From a candidate division FCPU426 bacterium (GTDB lineage Bacteria > Oederibacteriota > JAAXVQ01 > JAUVAV01): 64,000 nucleotides of DNA. This document shows, piece by piece, positions 9,109-18,757 of the stretch. Within the stretch, counting starts at the first letter, position 1. Every line of letters begins with the position of its first letter. The stretch is taken from the NCBI GenBank assembly GCA_040756875.1, contig JBFLYH010000001.1, positions 928,001 to 992,000 of the forward strand. Direction: 5' to 3'. A program made the position numbers and the translations under genes. Below the pieces are notes generated by a model, which was not told the origin of the DNA, ran no database searches, and saw only the letters and a list, made by a program, of their open reading frames with translations.

Positions 9109-10257
9109 TCAGCAAATCAGCTTGCCGAGCCCGACCTTGTTGGGGTATTCCTCGATATTTTCGGGCTCGGGTTCGAAATACAGGGCTTTGCCCATATCCA
9201 GCACGATGTCGATCTTCCGGCCCTCGCCCAGCTTTTCGTAGGCGTTCACCTTCATGGAGATTTTCTGCTTGCCCACCTGCAGATGTAAAATGGCGTAGTC
9301 GCCCGTGGGCAGCATGACCTTGATTTTCGATCTGAGCGTATTGCCCGCCGTCGCGTTTTTGGAATAGATCTTGTCGTATATGCTTTCCGGCCGGATGCCC
9401 AGGCTTACGGGCTTCCCGTGGTAGGGGGCGAGTTTCTTGGCGTGCGAGGCGTGCGCCTCCAGCTCCAGGTCCGGATTGCCGAAAAACACTTTCTTGCCCT
9501 TCTTCTTGATGCTGCCCTCGATGAAGTTCATGCGCTGGTTGCCGATGAAGCCGGCCACGAACTTGTTTTGCGGACGGTTGTAGAGTTCGAGCGGCTTGGC
9601 GAACTGGTGCACCTCGCCGTCGCGCATGACCGCGATCCGGTCGGCCATGGTCATGGCTTCGACCTGGTCGTGCGTCACGTAGATCATGGTGGCGTCGAGC
9701 AAATGGTGCAGTTGCCTGAGTTCGGCGCGCATGCTTTCCCGCATCTCGGCATCCAGGTTGGAAAGCGGTTCGTCGAAGAGAAAAACCTTGGGATTGCGGA
9801 CAATGGCCCGGCCTACGGCCACGCGCTGACGCTGGCCGCCGGACAGTTCCCTGGGCAGGCGCTGCAGAAACTCCGTGATCATCAGGATCTTGGCGGCTTC
9901 CTCCACGCGTTTCTTGATTTCATCCTTTTTCCTCCCGTGCAGGCGGAGACCGAAGGACATGTTGTCGAACACCGTCATGTGGGGGTACAGGGCGTAATTC
10001 TGAAAAACCATGGCAATATCCCGGTCGCTGGGCGCCACATCGTTGACCAGGCGGCCGCCGATGTGGATTTCCCCGCCGGTCACTTCCTCCAGGCCGGCGA
10101 TCATGCGCAGCGTGGTGGATTTCCCGCAGCCCGAGGGGCCGACCAAGATCACGAACTCCTTGTCTTCGCAGGTGAAACTGACGTTGCGGACCACTTCTTT
10201 CGGGCCCTCTTTGCAAATGAAGCGTTTGGTTACGTTCTTGAGAACAACATTGGACAT
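9109..10257 (-). CDS. Sugar ABC transporter ATP-binding protein (MalK/UgpC/MsmX family)
   Basis: Walker [46 protein letters not shown]-terminal TOBE-like region. Confidence 0.95.
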   Translation of the reverse strand: MSNVVLKNVTKRFICKEGPKEVVRNVSFTCEDKEFVILVGPSGCGKSTTLRMIAGLEEVTGGEIHIGGRLVNDVAPSDRDIAMVFQNYALYPHMTVFDNMSFGLRLHGRKKDEIKKRVEEAAKILMITEFLQRLPRELSGGQRQRVAVGRAIVRNPKVFLFDEPLSNLDAEMRESMRAELRQLHHLLDATMIYVTHDQVEAMTMADRIAVMRDGEVHQFAKPLELYNRPQNKFVAGFIGNQRMNFIEGSIKKKGKKVFFGNPDLELEAHASHAKKLAPYHGKPVSLGIRPESIYDKIYSKNATAGNTLRSKIKVMLPTGDYAILHLQVGKQKISMKVNAYEKLGEGRKIDIVLDMGKALYFEPEPENIEEYPNKVGLGKLIC

Positions 10258-10286
10258 GCCCTGCATCCTCCCGGGAGGTAAAGCTC

Positions 10287-10306
10287 CCCCACGGCAAGCC
10301 GCGGGG
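10287..10306. repeat. Short GC-rich palindrome resembling an IS200/IS605-type end hairpin or REP
   Basis: CCCCACGGC-AA-GCCGCGGGG, preceded by AAGCT and followed by CTTT, in the intergenic gap. Confidence 0.45.
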
Positions 10307-10374
10307 CTTTAACGAAGGGGTGTAAATTATAGAACCAACAGAATACCCGACTTGCCGCAACTAGGCCAGAAGAA

Positions 10375-11079
10375 TTAATTGTTTTTTATCGAGGCCGCCG
10401 CCTCTTGGTCTTCAAGGTCTGATGCAAACCCGGAAAAGTACGCCAGATGGACAAGCAGCCAAACTGCCAGCAGCAAATACCAGCAAAGGGCAAAAATGAC
10501 ATCCGGCTCCGACAGGCCGGGGAAATAACCAAAAACCGCTATTTCCAGCGCCATCAGCCAGCACAAGCCTGCTACGGCAAGCACGTAGGGCCACCAGGGA
10601 GCGATCAGCTTGCGCAAACCCGGAGGCAGGATTTTTCGCCACCCTGTTAAAGGGCGGCGAATCCGGGTAGCATAAGCCCAGATCACAGTAAAGAACACGA
10701 TGTGTCCAATGCCCCCGCCTACCAGCGTCACCAAAATAAACAGCAGTAAAAAAACCGTGGCACCGCGAGGCTGGCGGATGGAGCGTATCGACCAAAAAGC
10801 CGCCACCAGGCTGATGGCCATGGCGCACAACCCGGTCAGCCAAAAAACCGGAAGGATGGTCAGCGCCTCCTCGGTTCCATATAGCCACCACCGCTGCGCT
10901 TCACCGATAGCTTGGATGATTAATTTGCCCGTGGGGCGTCCACCCTGCAAGGTTTCAAACAGCCCATGTTCAAAGCTGGCCAGGGACAATAACACTCCCA
11001 AAACCGATGTGATCACGGCTGTCGCCTTGTTAATGGCCACGGGCGCGGTTTCGGCAGAAGGTTTTTTAAAACCCATCAT
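10375..11079 (-). CDS. Hypothetical integral membrane protein
   Basis: About six hydrophobic segments; EHG.FE.LQG and GTEEALTILP blocks; RBS AGGAGG. Confidence 0.75.
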   Translation of the reverse strand: MMGFKKPSAETAPVAINKATAVITSVLGVLLSLASFEHGLFETLQGGRPTGKLIIQAIGEAQRWWLYGTEEALTILPVFWLTGLCAMAISLVAAFWSIRSIRQPRGATVFLLLFILVTLVGGGIGHIVFFTVIWAYATRIRRPLTGWRKILPPGLRKLIAPWWPYVLAVAGLCWLMALEIAVFGYFPGLSEPDVIFALCWYLLLAVWLLVHLAYFSGFASDLEDQEAAASIKNN

Positions 11080-11122
11080 TTCACCTCCTGAAAAGAAGTT
11101 TTCGAAGCCCAGTAATCCGGAA

Positions 11123-11392
11123 TTATTGAAACCGATAATGTTTGCGGACCTGTTTTAGCACCTGCCAGGTACAGCTCAGTCCCGTGGGGAATATGACATA
11201 ATCGCCGGCATGGATTTTGACCTGCCGGCCATCCGGCGCATGCACGATAACTTCGCCCTCTAAAAAGAGGCATTCTTCCTGACTGTCGTAGGTCCATTCA
11301 AAACGGCTGGGTTCTTTTTCCCAGATCGGCCACTGCCGGATCCCCATTTTTGCGATCTCTTCTTCGGACAAGCGCTTGACGATAATTTCCAT
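11123..11392 (-). CDS. Cupin domain protein (DUF861/EutQ-like)
   Basis: WPIWEKEPS.F.W.Y..EECL.LEG.V..I.AGD.V.FP.G..C.W.V..VRKHY. Confidence 0.9.
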   Translation of the reverse strand: MEIIVKRLSEEEIAKMGIRQWPIWEKEPSRFEWTYDSQEECLFLEGEVIVHAPDGRQVKIHAGDYVIFPTGLSCTWQVLKQVRKHYRFQ

Positions 11393-11590
11393 AACCCCAC
11401 CCCTTTCCGCCTTTTCAGATTAGACGTTTCATATTTGCTCTTATATCACTTTTAGCTATAAGCGCCCAGGTTAAAACCGCCAGCCAGAACGTCAAACCGG
11501 AAAGAAAATGTTTAATTTAACTCTTTTAATTACATGGTATTTTTCCGTGGCTTCAGAAGAAGTTCGAGCGTCTACCTGGGCAGATGGTTT

Positions 11591-12211
11591 TTAAGCCAAG
11601 ACTTTGACAATGGAATCCAGCGGCCGTTTGACCGGGCCTTTGGTCGGACGCACCGGATACCCGAGGGGCACAATGGCCATGAATTCCCCCTGGGGCTCGC
11701 CCAGCAAGGTCAAAACCTCGTCTTTAATCAGATAAAGAATGCCGAGCCACACCGTCGCCAGTCCCAACGAGGTGGCGGCCAGCAACAGGTTTTGCACCGC
11801 CGCAGCCGAGCTTTGTATTTCCATGGTCCGGAAAAAATCATGGCCCAGGTCAGGGTCGATTTGGAAAAGCCGGGTGCCGTGTTCGATCAATTCGCCGGTG
11901 TTCGCCACCGCGACCACCTCCGGCGCGCTGGCAATGGTACGCGCGGCCAGGCGCAGCAACACCGAAGCGGCGCGGGGAAAGGCACCCAGCCGCTGGTTGA
12001 TCAATTCTACCAGTTCGCGTTTTTTTTCGCCCCGGACGATGATGAACCGCCAGGCTTGCTGGTTGTGGGCCGACGGGGCGTAATTCGCAGCCTCCAGCAC
12101 TGCGGTGAGATCGGCCTCGGAGACAGGCTGTTCGGAAAATTGGCGCACGCTATGCCGGTTTTTAATGGCCTCCAGGGCGCCGTTGAAAGCCGGAGAATCA
12201 TGAGTGGGCAT
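11591..12211 (-). CDS. Nitroreductase family protein
   Basis: IKNRHSVRQF, APSAHNQQAWRF, AAVQNLLLAA.SLGLATVW, PLGYP. Start placed at MPTHDS. Confidence 0.92.
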   Translation of the reverse strand: MPTHDSPAFNGALEAIKNRHSVRQFSEQPVSEADLTAVLEAANYAPSAHNQQAWRFIIVRGEKKRELVELINQRLGAFPRAASVLLRLAARTIASAPEVVAVANTGELIEHGTRLFQIDPDLGHDFFRTMEIQSSAAAVQNLLLAATSLGLATVWLGILYLIKDEVLTLLGEPQGEFMAIVPLGYPVRPTKGPVKRPLDSIVKVLA

Positions 12212-12282
12212 TTGCAACCCCCAAGGATCAGGATGAACCGCAACATAAAGGCGCTTTTTCCGCCTTCCCCGCGCCGCGCCAT

Positions 12283-13020
12283 TCACTCCTTTGGCGGATC
12301 GTAAAGCTTCGGAAAATACGAAGCCGGAGCCAGGCCTTTTTGCGTTTCCGGGTCCAGGGGGCCGTAATAAAGGTCCATCAGCCCGCGGGGCTGGTAGGTA
12401 CCGTTGACCACCTGCGCAATCCTCCGCGTCCTTTCGGCATTGGCTTCGGGATGGTCTTTAACGTGGAAGTTGCCCGGCGCAATGATCATGGCCACCAGCG
12501 AGAGATATTGCGTCTCGGTAAGTTCGGCCATGGTTCGCCCGTAATACACACGGGCCGCCTCGCCTAGGCCGATCACCGGCCGCCCGTCGGATTTCCCCAG
12601 GTAGATCAAATTGACGAACAGTTCCTGCTGCTCTTCCTTGCTCACCAAGGGGTCCAGCACCCAGCGGGCCAGCAACATCAGTTGCAACTTGCGGATCCCG
12701 GGTTTAAAGGGATGGAAATACAATTTTTTGGCCAGGCCCTGGGTCAGGGTGGTCAGACCCGCGCCGGGCGTATGCAGATCAATGCCGTGATGGCGGTAAA
12801 ACCCCGGGTCCTGTACGGCCAGCAAGGCCTGGATCTGCCAACCGCTGAATTCGGACAAGGGGTGCCACGCCCGGGCGTCCTGACGCGCTGTCCGGATGAT
12901 TTCCGGCGTTCGGGCGCGGTAATACCCCACCGTACCCAGAACGTAAATCAGGCCGGCCAAAGCCAAGCCTCCACCTCCCCAGCTGACGAAACGGTTCATG
13001 GTGAATTTCAATGCTTTCAC
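12283..13020 (-). CDS. Transglycosylase (GT51-like) domain protein
   Basis: N-terminal TM segment; LLAVQDPGFY.HHG.D, G.TTLTQ.LAK.L, N.IYLG..IGL.EAA..YYG. The usual EDxxFxxHxG motif reads QDPGFYRHHG. Confidence 0.8.
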   Translation of the reverse strand: MKALKFTMNRFVSWGGGGLALAGLIYVLGTVGYYRARTPEIIRTARQDARAWHPLSEFSGWQIQALLAVQDPGFYRHHGIDLHTPGAGLTTLTQGLAKKLYFHPFKPGIRKLQLMLLARWVLDPLVSKEEQQELFVNLIYLGKSDGRPVIGLGEAARVYYGRTMAELTETQYLSLVAMIIAPGNFHVKDHPEANAERTRRIAQVVNGTYQPRGLMDLYYGPLDPETQKGLAPASYFPKLYDPPKE

Positions 13021-13199
13021 CCCTCTCTTCCGAGCATTCCGCCGAAACCGCCATCAAATCGATCCAAAGGCGGCATTCTCTTGTGATATACTTCCAGCAT
13101 TAGCCTTTTGGCTCGCCGGAAGGCGGCCACGTCCCGAGATCCGCCATCGCGGACATCGGCGCGGATCATTATACCATTTCAGCGAACGGGAGCAACGAG

Positions 13200-13577
13200 A
13201 TGCGGCTGACCGAGATATTCCAACAACTTAAAGGTCTGGAGATATTCGAGGAACGCTCGGCAACCGACGAACTGATTGACGTGGTTTTCGAAAACCGGAT
13301 CTCAGCGGCCTGGCAGGAAAGATTGGAATCCATCCTGGGGCCCGCGCTCAAACCCCAGGGCCAAAAAGCCGACGGTCAAGCCAGCAAACTGACCAAGGCT
13401 TTCGGCGGCATCCGGCCCGAGCAAACCCTTTTCTATAAAAACTTCGGCGAGTATGCGGTCATGGCCATGCTGTGGCCCTGGGGCAACGGCCGCTGCACAA
13501 GCTGTAAAATGTTCCGCGTGGCCCCGCTTGAATCCGACCAGAACAGTTCGTTGTTTTCACGCTGGTTCAAAAAGTAA
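13200..13577 (+). CDS. Hypothetical protein
   Basis: 125-aa ORF with GGGAG RBS, filling the gap between divergent and convergent neighbours. Confidence 0.7.
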   Translation: MRLTEIFQQLKGLEIFEERSATDELIDVVFENRISAAWQERLESILGPALKPQGQKADGQASKLTKAFGGIRPEQTLFYKNFGEYAVMAMLWPWGNGRCTSCKMFRVAPLESDQNSSLFSRWFKK

Positions 13578-13618
13578 CCCGGGCTTGCACACCATCGCCA
13601 AAACGGAGTGGAGTGCCC

Positions 13619-13707
13619 CCCCGGACCAAAGTCCGGGGCTCCCTCCCTACGCAAACGAATCCCGCAATCCTCTCCCCGGGCCAAAGCCCGGGGATTCTTG
13701 CGTAGGG
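13619..13707. repeat. Nested palindromic intergenic element (REP/BIME-like)
   Basis: Two related hairpins, CCCCGGAC-CAAA-GTCCGGGG (13619-13638) and CCCCGGGC-CAAA-GCCCGGGG (13674-13693). The second is enclosed by CCCTACGCAA (13645-13654) and TTGCGTAGGG (13698-13707). Confidence 0.65.
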
Positions 13708-13725
13708 ATCGAAAATCCCATCCCC

Positions 13726-14568
13726 TCACCCCGCCGAACCGCCGGCCAGGAATTTCCCCATCTGCTCCCTGAACCGGGCGGCATCGTCCGTCACGCTGGC
13801 CAGAATGGGCCTGACCTTGTGAAAATCCAGAATCTGAATGTTCAGCAGCTTGGGGCTGAGGTAGATGTCCGGCCGGGAGCGTTCGAGCTTGCGCGCCAGG
13901 CCGGCGATTTCCATGATCTGAAAGGTGTTGAGAATCGCTTCGGGCAAGGTGGGTTTGGCCACCCGGCCGGTCCCGGGAGCGATCTCGCCCAGGACATTGA
14001 TGGCGATCAGCAGGTCGCAGTCCCCGCGCAGGATTTCATACGGCAAGGAGTTGACGACGCCGCCGTCAATCAATACCCGGCCGCCGGTAACAACCGCCTC
14101 GAATATGCCCGGGATGGAAATGCTGGCCCTGACCGCCTCGGTCAAGCTGCCGTGGTCGAGGATGACCTCCTCCCGGCTCCAGAAATCAGTGGCAATGACC
14201 TTGAGCGGGATTTTTAAATCCTCGAAACTTTTCTTTTGGACCAGCTTTTCCAGGGTCTTGATGATCTTGTCGCCGCGGATCAGGCCGTATTTGGCGCCGA
14301 GTGTGAGGTCCGTGAGGTTGATAAAATCCACCAGCTTCAAATCGGTGAATATGCGTTCGATCTCTTTGCCACTGTGCCCGAATGCATACAAGGCTCCGAT
14401 AAGCGCACCCATGCTGGTTCCGGCAATAATACCTGGCCTGAGGCCCAGCTCATCCAGGATCTTCAGGAAGGCGATATGGGCGATCCCTTTCGCGCCGCCG
14501 CCGCCCAAGGCCAAGCCGATGCGCGGGTTCGGTTTATCGTTTACGGATTCTCCTGACGGGGTTGCCAA
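13726..14568 (-). CDS. Patatin-like phospholipase
   Basis: LALGGGGAKG, GTSMG, ASISIPG, LIDGG. Confidence 0.93.
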   Translation of the reverse strand: MATPSGESVNDKPNPRIGLALGGGGAKGIAHIAFLKILDELGLRPGIIAGTSMGALIGALYAFGHSGKEIERIFTDLKLVDFINLTDLTLGAKYGLIRGDKIIKTLEKLVQKKSFEDLKIPLKVIATDFWSREEVILDHGSLTEAVRASISIPGIFEAVVTGGRVLIDGGVVNSLPYEILRGDCDLLIAINVLGEIAPGTGRVAKPTLPEAILNTFQIMEIAGLARKLERSRPDIYLSPKLLNIQILDFHKVRPILASVTDDAARFREQMGKFLAGGSAG

Positions 14569-14685
14569 GGTTCGCCTCTCATGGTCAAGGTCGCGCCGGG
14601 TCGCTGCTGCTGCCGGTCATAATGCAGGCGCACATTATATCCGGGTCAAAGGCAAAAAGCCATCAGGATGGCGGGACGTTCGATT

Positions 14686-16038
14686 TCAGGCGGTCAGGAT
14701 GTAGCGCAGGACAAACAAGGCGGCAAAAACGTAAATCAGCGGGTGAACGTCCCGGCTTTTGCCGGCCACGGTTTTCAGCAGCGCATAACTGATGAAGCCA
14801 AAAGCAATGCCTTCGGTAATGGAAAATCCGCAAAACGGCATGACCACGATGGTCAGAAAGGCCGGAATGGCCTCGCTGTAATCGTCCCAGGGAATTTTCC
14901 GAACGCAACTCATCATCATGCAGCCCACCACGATCAGGGCCGGCGCCACTACCGGGTAGAGGTATGCGCCGCCCGCGGTTTGGTAGCCAGACCCGATCAT
15001 GGCCACCAGGGGCTTGAAAAAAAGCGCAGCCAGCATCAACAACCCGGTCACCACGTTGGTCAGGCCCGTGCGGCCGCCTTGGGAAACGCCGGCCGCACTT
15101 TCCACATAGCTGGTTACCGTGGAGGTGCCCAACACGGCTCCCACGACCGTGGCTGTGGCGTCGGAGAGCAGAGCCTGCTGCGCGCGGGGCAGGTGGTCGT
15201 CCTTGATGAACCCGGCCTTTTCGCCCACGCCGATCAGAGTGCCGATGGTGTCGAACAGGTCCAGGAAGAAAAACACGAATATCAACTCCACAAATCCCAG
15301 GCTCAAGGCGCCCTTGAAACTCAGCTTTAAAAACGTCGGCCCCAGCGAAGGCACCGGGCTGGCAATCCCCTGGTATTTGACCAACCCGAAAATCAGGCCA
15401 GCCACCGTGCTGGCCGCGATCCCGATCAGAATCGCGCCCTGGATTCTCAGAACCAGCAGCACGGAGATCACCGCCAGGCCGAACAGGGACAGGAGGACCG
15501 GCGCTGAATTCAGTTTGCCCATGCTGATGTAAATGGACGGGTTGGCCGTGGTGATGCCCGACCATTCGAAGCCCACCAGGGCGATCATGAGGCCGATGCC
15601 CACGGCAATGGCGTAGCGCAGGGAGGGCGGCACGGCTTTGATGACTTTTTCCCGGAACCCCAAAAACGAAAAGCCGATGAAAACCATGCCGGAAAGGAAG
15701 ATCGCACCCAGGGCCACTTGCCAGGGCTTGACCGCCGCGTTTTCACCCAGCAGAGCGGCGATCATGGGACAGGCCACGAAAGCAAAATAGACGTTGTGCC
15801 CCATGGCCGGGGCCAGGGCGATGGGATAATTGGCCAGCAGGGCCATGACAAAGCAGGCCAGGGCGCTGGAGACGCAGGTGGCCACCATGACCGCGTTGAA
15901 GTCCATGCCGCACTGCGACAAAATGGCCGGCTGCACGAAGATGATGTAGGCCATGGTCATGAAGGTGGTAATGCCCGCCACCACCTCGGTCTTTACCGTG
16001 GTCCCGTGTTCCCTGAGCTTAAAAAGTTTTTCCAGCAT
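14686..16038 (-). CDS. NCS2/AzgA-family purine permease
   Basis: F.L.EHGTTV.TE..AG.TTF.TMAYI, PIALAPAMG, DLFDT.GTL, T.YVES.AGV..GGRTGL. Polytopic membrane protein. Confidence 0.93.
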   Translation of the reverse strand: MLEKLFKLREHGTTVKTEVVAGITTFMTMAYIIFVQPAILSQCGMDFNAVMVATCVSSALACFVMALLANYPIALAPAMGHNVYFAFVACPMIAALLGENAAVKPWQVALGAIFLSGMVFIGFSFLGFREKVIKAVPPSLRYAIAVGIGLMIALVGFEWSGITTANPSIYISMGKLNSAPVLLSLFGLAVISVLLVLRIQGAILIGIAASTVAGLIFGLVKYQGIASPVPSLGPTFLKLSFKGALSLGFVELIFVFFFLDLFDTIGTLIGVGEKAGFIKDDHLPRAQQALLSDATATVVGAVLGTSTVTSYVESAAGVSQGGRTGLTNVVTGLLMLAALFFKPLVAMIGSGYQTAGGAYLYPVVAPALIVVGCMMMSCVRKIPWDDYSEAIPAFLTIVVMPFCGFSITEGIAFGFISYALLKTVAGKSRDVHPLIYVFAALFVLRYILTA

Positions 16039-16120
16039 GACCCCTCCGGTCTGAGCGAATGCCAACGCAACCCTCGCTATTCAAGCCAAAGGAGGCCGGC
16101 GGCCATCTCCGGCCCCCGCT

Positions 16121-16519
16121 CTATTCCCTTTTGCCCGCGGCCCGCTTGAGGGCTTGAAAAGCCGCTTCCACGGCCGTCCATTTTTGGTCAAGCTCCTCGC
16201 GGTATTGAAGCCAGGTCGCCTGGGTCTGGCCTTCGGCTCTTTCCAAGGCGCTTTGAAAATCGACCCGGGCCTGGGCGAACGTGTCGCTGCTTTCGAGCCA
16301 CAGTTCCCTGGCCTCCTCGGAGAGCCTCAACCCGGGACCCTGCAGCATTTCCAGGCGCGTTTCCAGGTCCTGCATCTGCGCCCGCATGTCCGCTTCGAAG
16401 AGCCTGACTTTCTCCTGAAACCCCGCCTGGCCGGCGGACGTGTTTTGCGGTTTTGAGCCGCACCCGGCCGCAAGGCCGACACAGAGGATGCTGACCATGA
16501 TTAAACGTGTTTTGTTCAC
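16121..16519 (-). CDS. Hypothetical lipoprotein (helical)
   Basis: Lipobox LAAGC after a hydrophobic signal; charged helical body. Confidence 0.7.
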   Translation of the reverse strand: MNKTRLIMVSILCVGLAAGCGSKPQNTSAGQAGFQEKVRLFEADMRAQMQDLETRLEMLQGPGLRLSEEARELWLESSDTFAQARVDFQSALERAEGQTQATWLQYREELDQKWTAVEAAFQALKRAAGKRE

Positions 16520-16600
16520 GAGCGGTTCAACCTCATTTCCTTTGTTTGGCCGGCTGCTTGACCGGCGCCTTCGCGGTTCTCCGCGCTTCCCTGCAACAGC

Positions 16601-17386
16601 CTACATGAATGTCCGGCCGTAGAAATAGAGCGCCCCGAGGCCCAGCCATATCCCGTAGGAATTGATCGCGTACAGGACCGCAGGTCTTCCCTGCAATTTC
16701 AGATAACGGAAAACGGTTTTGCCCGCTTCCAAATTCATGTCCAAAAATTTGTCGCACCGTTCGGCGCGAATGCCGGAATAGGCGTTGACCATGAAATACC
16801 CGCCGAAAACCATGTACACCACCACCCCCGCCAGGGGCGCGTTACGGAAATGCCATATGAAGGTGTCCATGATAACCACGTTGACGGCCAAAAGGATGAA
16901 GGCCGCGCTTCCGACCAGCCCCAGGTGCATGAATCCCCGCCGGCGGTCGTATCGTTCGGCTGCCGGAGTCTTGAACCATTCGATCCCATAGACCACGGCC
17001 ACGGTTTTCCAAATGCTCGCGCACATTGTCGTCACCTGCTTCCATGCCGCGAGGTTCAGCGGAGCGTGAAACCGCAGGGCCAGTTCAGCGGCGACAAAGG
17101 CCAACACCCATATCAGCGGTTCGGTGGGCCCCAGCCAGCGCCGGCACCCCCACCAGTAAGCCGCATAGCCCGCGGCGTTTATCGCCAGAATTACGATCAG
17201 CAAAAAGCCCGGCGGCGCAGGCAGGCGGCGCAATAGAAACGACAACAGCAGCATCAAGCCCACGGTTGTCAGGCTCAGCAGGATATGCCGGATAATGAGT
17301 TGCTCACGGGATTCAGTCATGGCTGGCAGGCTCCCCTCCCATTTGATCATCGGCCATTCCGACTTATCGGCCGCTTCCTTGGTCAT
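16601..17386 (-). CDS. Hypothetical integral membrane protein
   Basis: Multiple hydrophobic segments; co-directional with neighbours; start uncertain. Confidence 0.65.
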   Translation of the reverse strand: MTKEAADKSEWPMIKWEGSLPAMTESREQLIIRHILLSLTTVGLMLLLSFLLRRLPAPPGFLLIVILAINAAGYAAYWWGCRRWLGPTEPLIWVLAFVAAELALRFHAPLNLAAWKQVTTMCASIWKTVAVVYGIEWFKTPAAERYDRRRGFMHLGLVGSAAFILLAVNVVIMDTFIWHFRNAPLAGVVVYMVFGGYFMVNAYSGIRAERCDKFLDMNLEAGKTVFRYLKLQGRPAVLYAINSYGIWLGLGALYFYGRTFM

Positions 17387-17449
17387 CGGCTTTTCCGGCC
17401 AGTCATTTTAGCAGGAAAAGCAGCAGCCGCAAAGCCATAGGGCCGCGCG

Positions 17450-18727
17450 TCAGTGCGGAACGAAACTGGCGAGCAAAAAAAGATTCAACAGCGTCACCAA
17501 ACCGCCCAAGGCATAGAGCATAAGCATGGTGCCCCGCGTGTTGGCGTATTTGCCCATGACCCGGGCCGAGGAGGTCAGCCGGATTTGCGCGAAAATAGTA
17601 AACGGCAGTTGCATGCTCAGGATCATTTGGGAAAAGATCAGCCCGGCGAAAGGGTTTGTGATGACGAAGATGATCAGCAGGGCCAGCAGGAACGACAGCA
17701 GTACCCCCCGGCGGGTGTGCCGGTCCTGGATGTCATAACTTTCGCCGGACATGCCGGCCATAATGGTGCCCGCCGCCATGCCTGATGTGATGGTTGAGGA
17801 CAAACCGGAAAACAGCAGGGCCAGGGCAAACACCAAACCCGCTCCGCTGCCCAGCAGAGGTTCGAGCAGGGATTTAGCCTGCTCCAACTCGGCCACAGGC
17901 TGGCGGCGGGCGAAAAAAGTCGCGGCCGCGAGCAAAATCATCGCGCTGTTGATGGCCCAGCCTACGATCATGGAAAAAAGCGTTTCCAGAAACTCAAAAC
18001 GCAGTTGCTTGCGAATCACGGCTTCGTCCTGAAGGTTCCATTGCCGGCTCTGGATGATTTCGGAATGCAAGAAGAGGTTGTGGGGCATAACCACTGCACC
18101 CAGCACGCTCATCACCACCACCATACTGCCGGCCGGGAGTTCCGGCTTTACCCAGGCCACCAGAGCGGCCGGCCAATCCACCTGCACCAGAAACAGTTCA
18201 TACAGGAAAGAGAATCCAACGACCGCGAGAAAGGCGATGATCCAGCGTTCCAGGCGCCGATAGGAATTGGTGTATAACATGAGGACTGAAACCAGCACCA
18301 CCAGCACCGCGCCGATCTTCAGCGGCAAATGGAAAAGCATGCGCAGGGCGATGGCGCCGCCCAGGATTTCCGCCAGGCTGGTGGAGACCGAAGCAGCCAT
18401 GGCCGTGAGCAGCAGGAGCCGGCTGGAACGGGCCGGAAAGTGCTCGTGCACCGCCTCGGCCAGACAAAGGCCTGTCGCAATGCCGAGGTGGGCGACATTG
18501 TGCTGCAGTACGATCAGCATGACCGTGGCCAGCGTCACCATCCACAGCAAGGCATAGCCATAGGTTGAGCCGGCGGCGAAGTTGGAAGCCCAATTGCCGG
18601 GGTCGGTGAAGCCGATGGTGACCAGCAGGCCGGGTCCGACATACTTCAGGAATTCAAAAGCCAGGCCGGAAGGCCGTTCCGTTCCCCGTCGAAAGTACGT
18701 GGTCAGGTTCCCGAATAATCTAGGCAT
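17450..18727 (-). CDS. mntH: Nramp-family divalent metal (Mn2+/Fe2+) transporter
   Basis: GPGLLV..GFTDPGNW, GAVVMPHNLFLHS, SQ..LS.QLPF. Confidence 0.92.
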   Translation of the reverse strand: MPRLFGNLTTYFRRGTERPSGLAFEFLKYVGPGLLVTIGFTDPGNWASNFAAGSTYGYALLWMVTLATVMLIVLQHNVAHLGIATGLCLAEAVHEHFPARSSRLLLLTAMAASVSTSLAEILGGAIALRMLFHLPLKIGAVLVVLVSVLMLYTNSYRRLERWIIAFLAVVGFSFLYELFLVQVDWPAALVAWVKPELPAGSMVVVMSVLGAVVMPHNLFLHSEIIQSRQWNLQDEAVIRKQLRFEFLETLFSMIVGWAINSAMILLAAATFFARRQPVAELEQAKSLLEPLLGSGAGLVFALALLFSGLSSTITSGMAAGTIMAGMSGESYDIQDRHTRRGVLLSFLLALLIIFVITNPFAGLIFSQMILSMQLPFTIFAQIRLTSSARVMGKYANTRGTMLMLYALGGLVTLLNLFLLASFVPH

Positions 18728-18757
18728 TAACCCCGTTAACTCTCCTTCCCGGGCTGG

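Noticed and set aside
7854-9317. 487-aa His/Arg-rich ORF, and the similar ORFs 24278-25150, 8265-8813 and 24218-24877
   Set aside because: Alternative-frame or antisense shadows of the Thr-codon (ACN) repeats in the real secreted proteins.
16039-16120. Purine riboswitch upstream of the NCS2 permease
   Set aside because: Only about 80 bp, and no recognisable purine aptamer core.
18728-18757. Mn-sensing riboswitch or operator before mntH
   Set aside because: The 30-bp gap holds little more than the RBS; no motif recognised.
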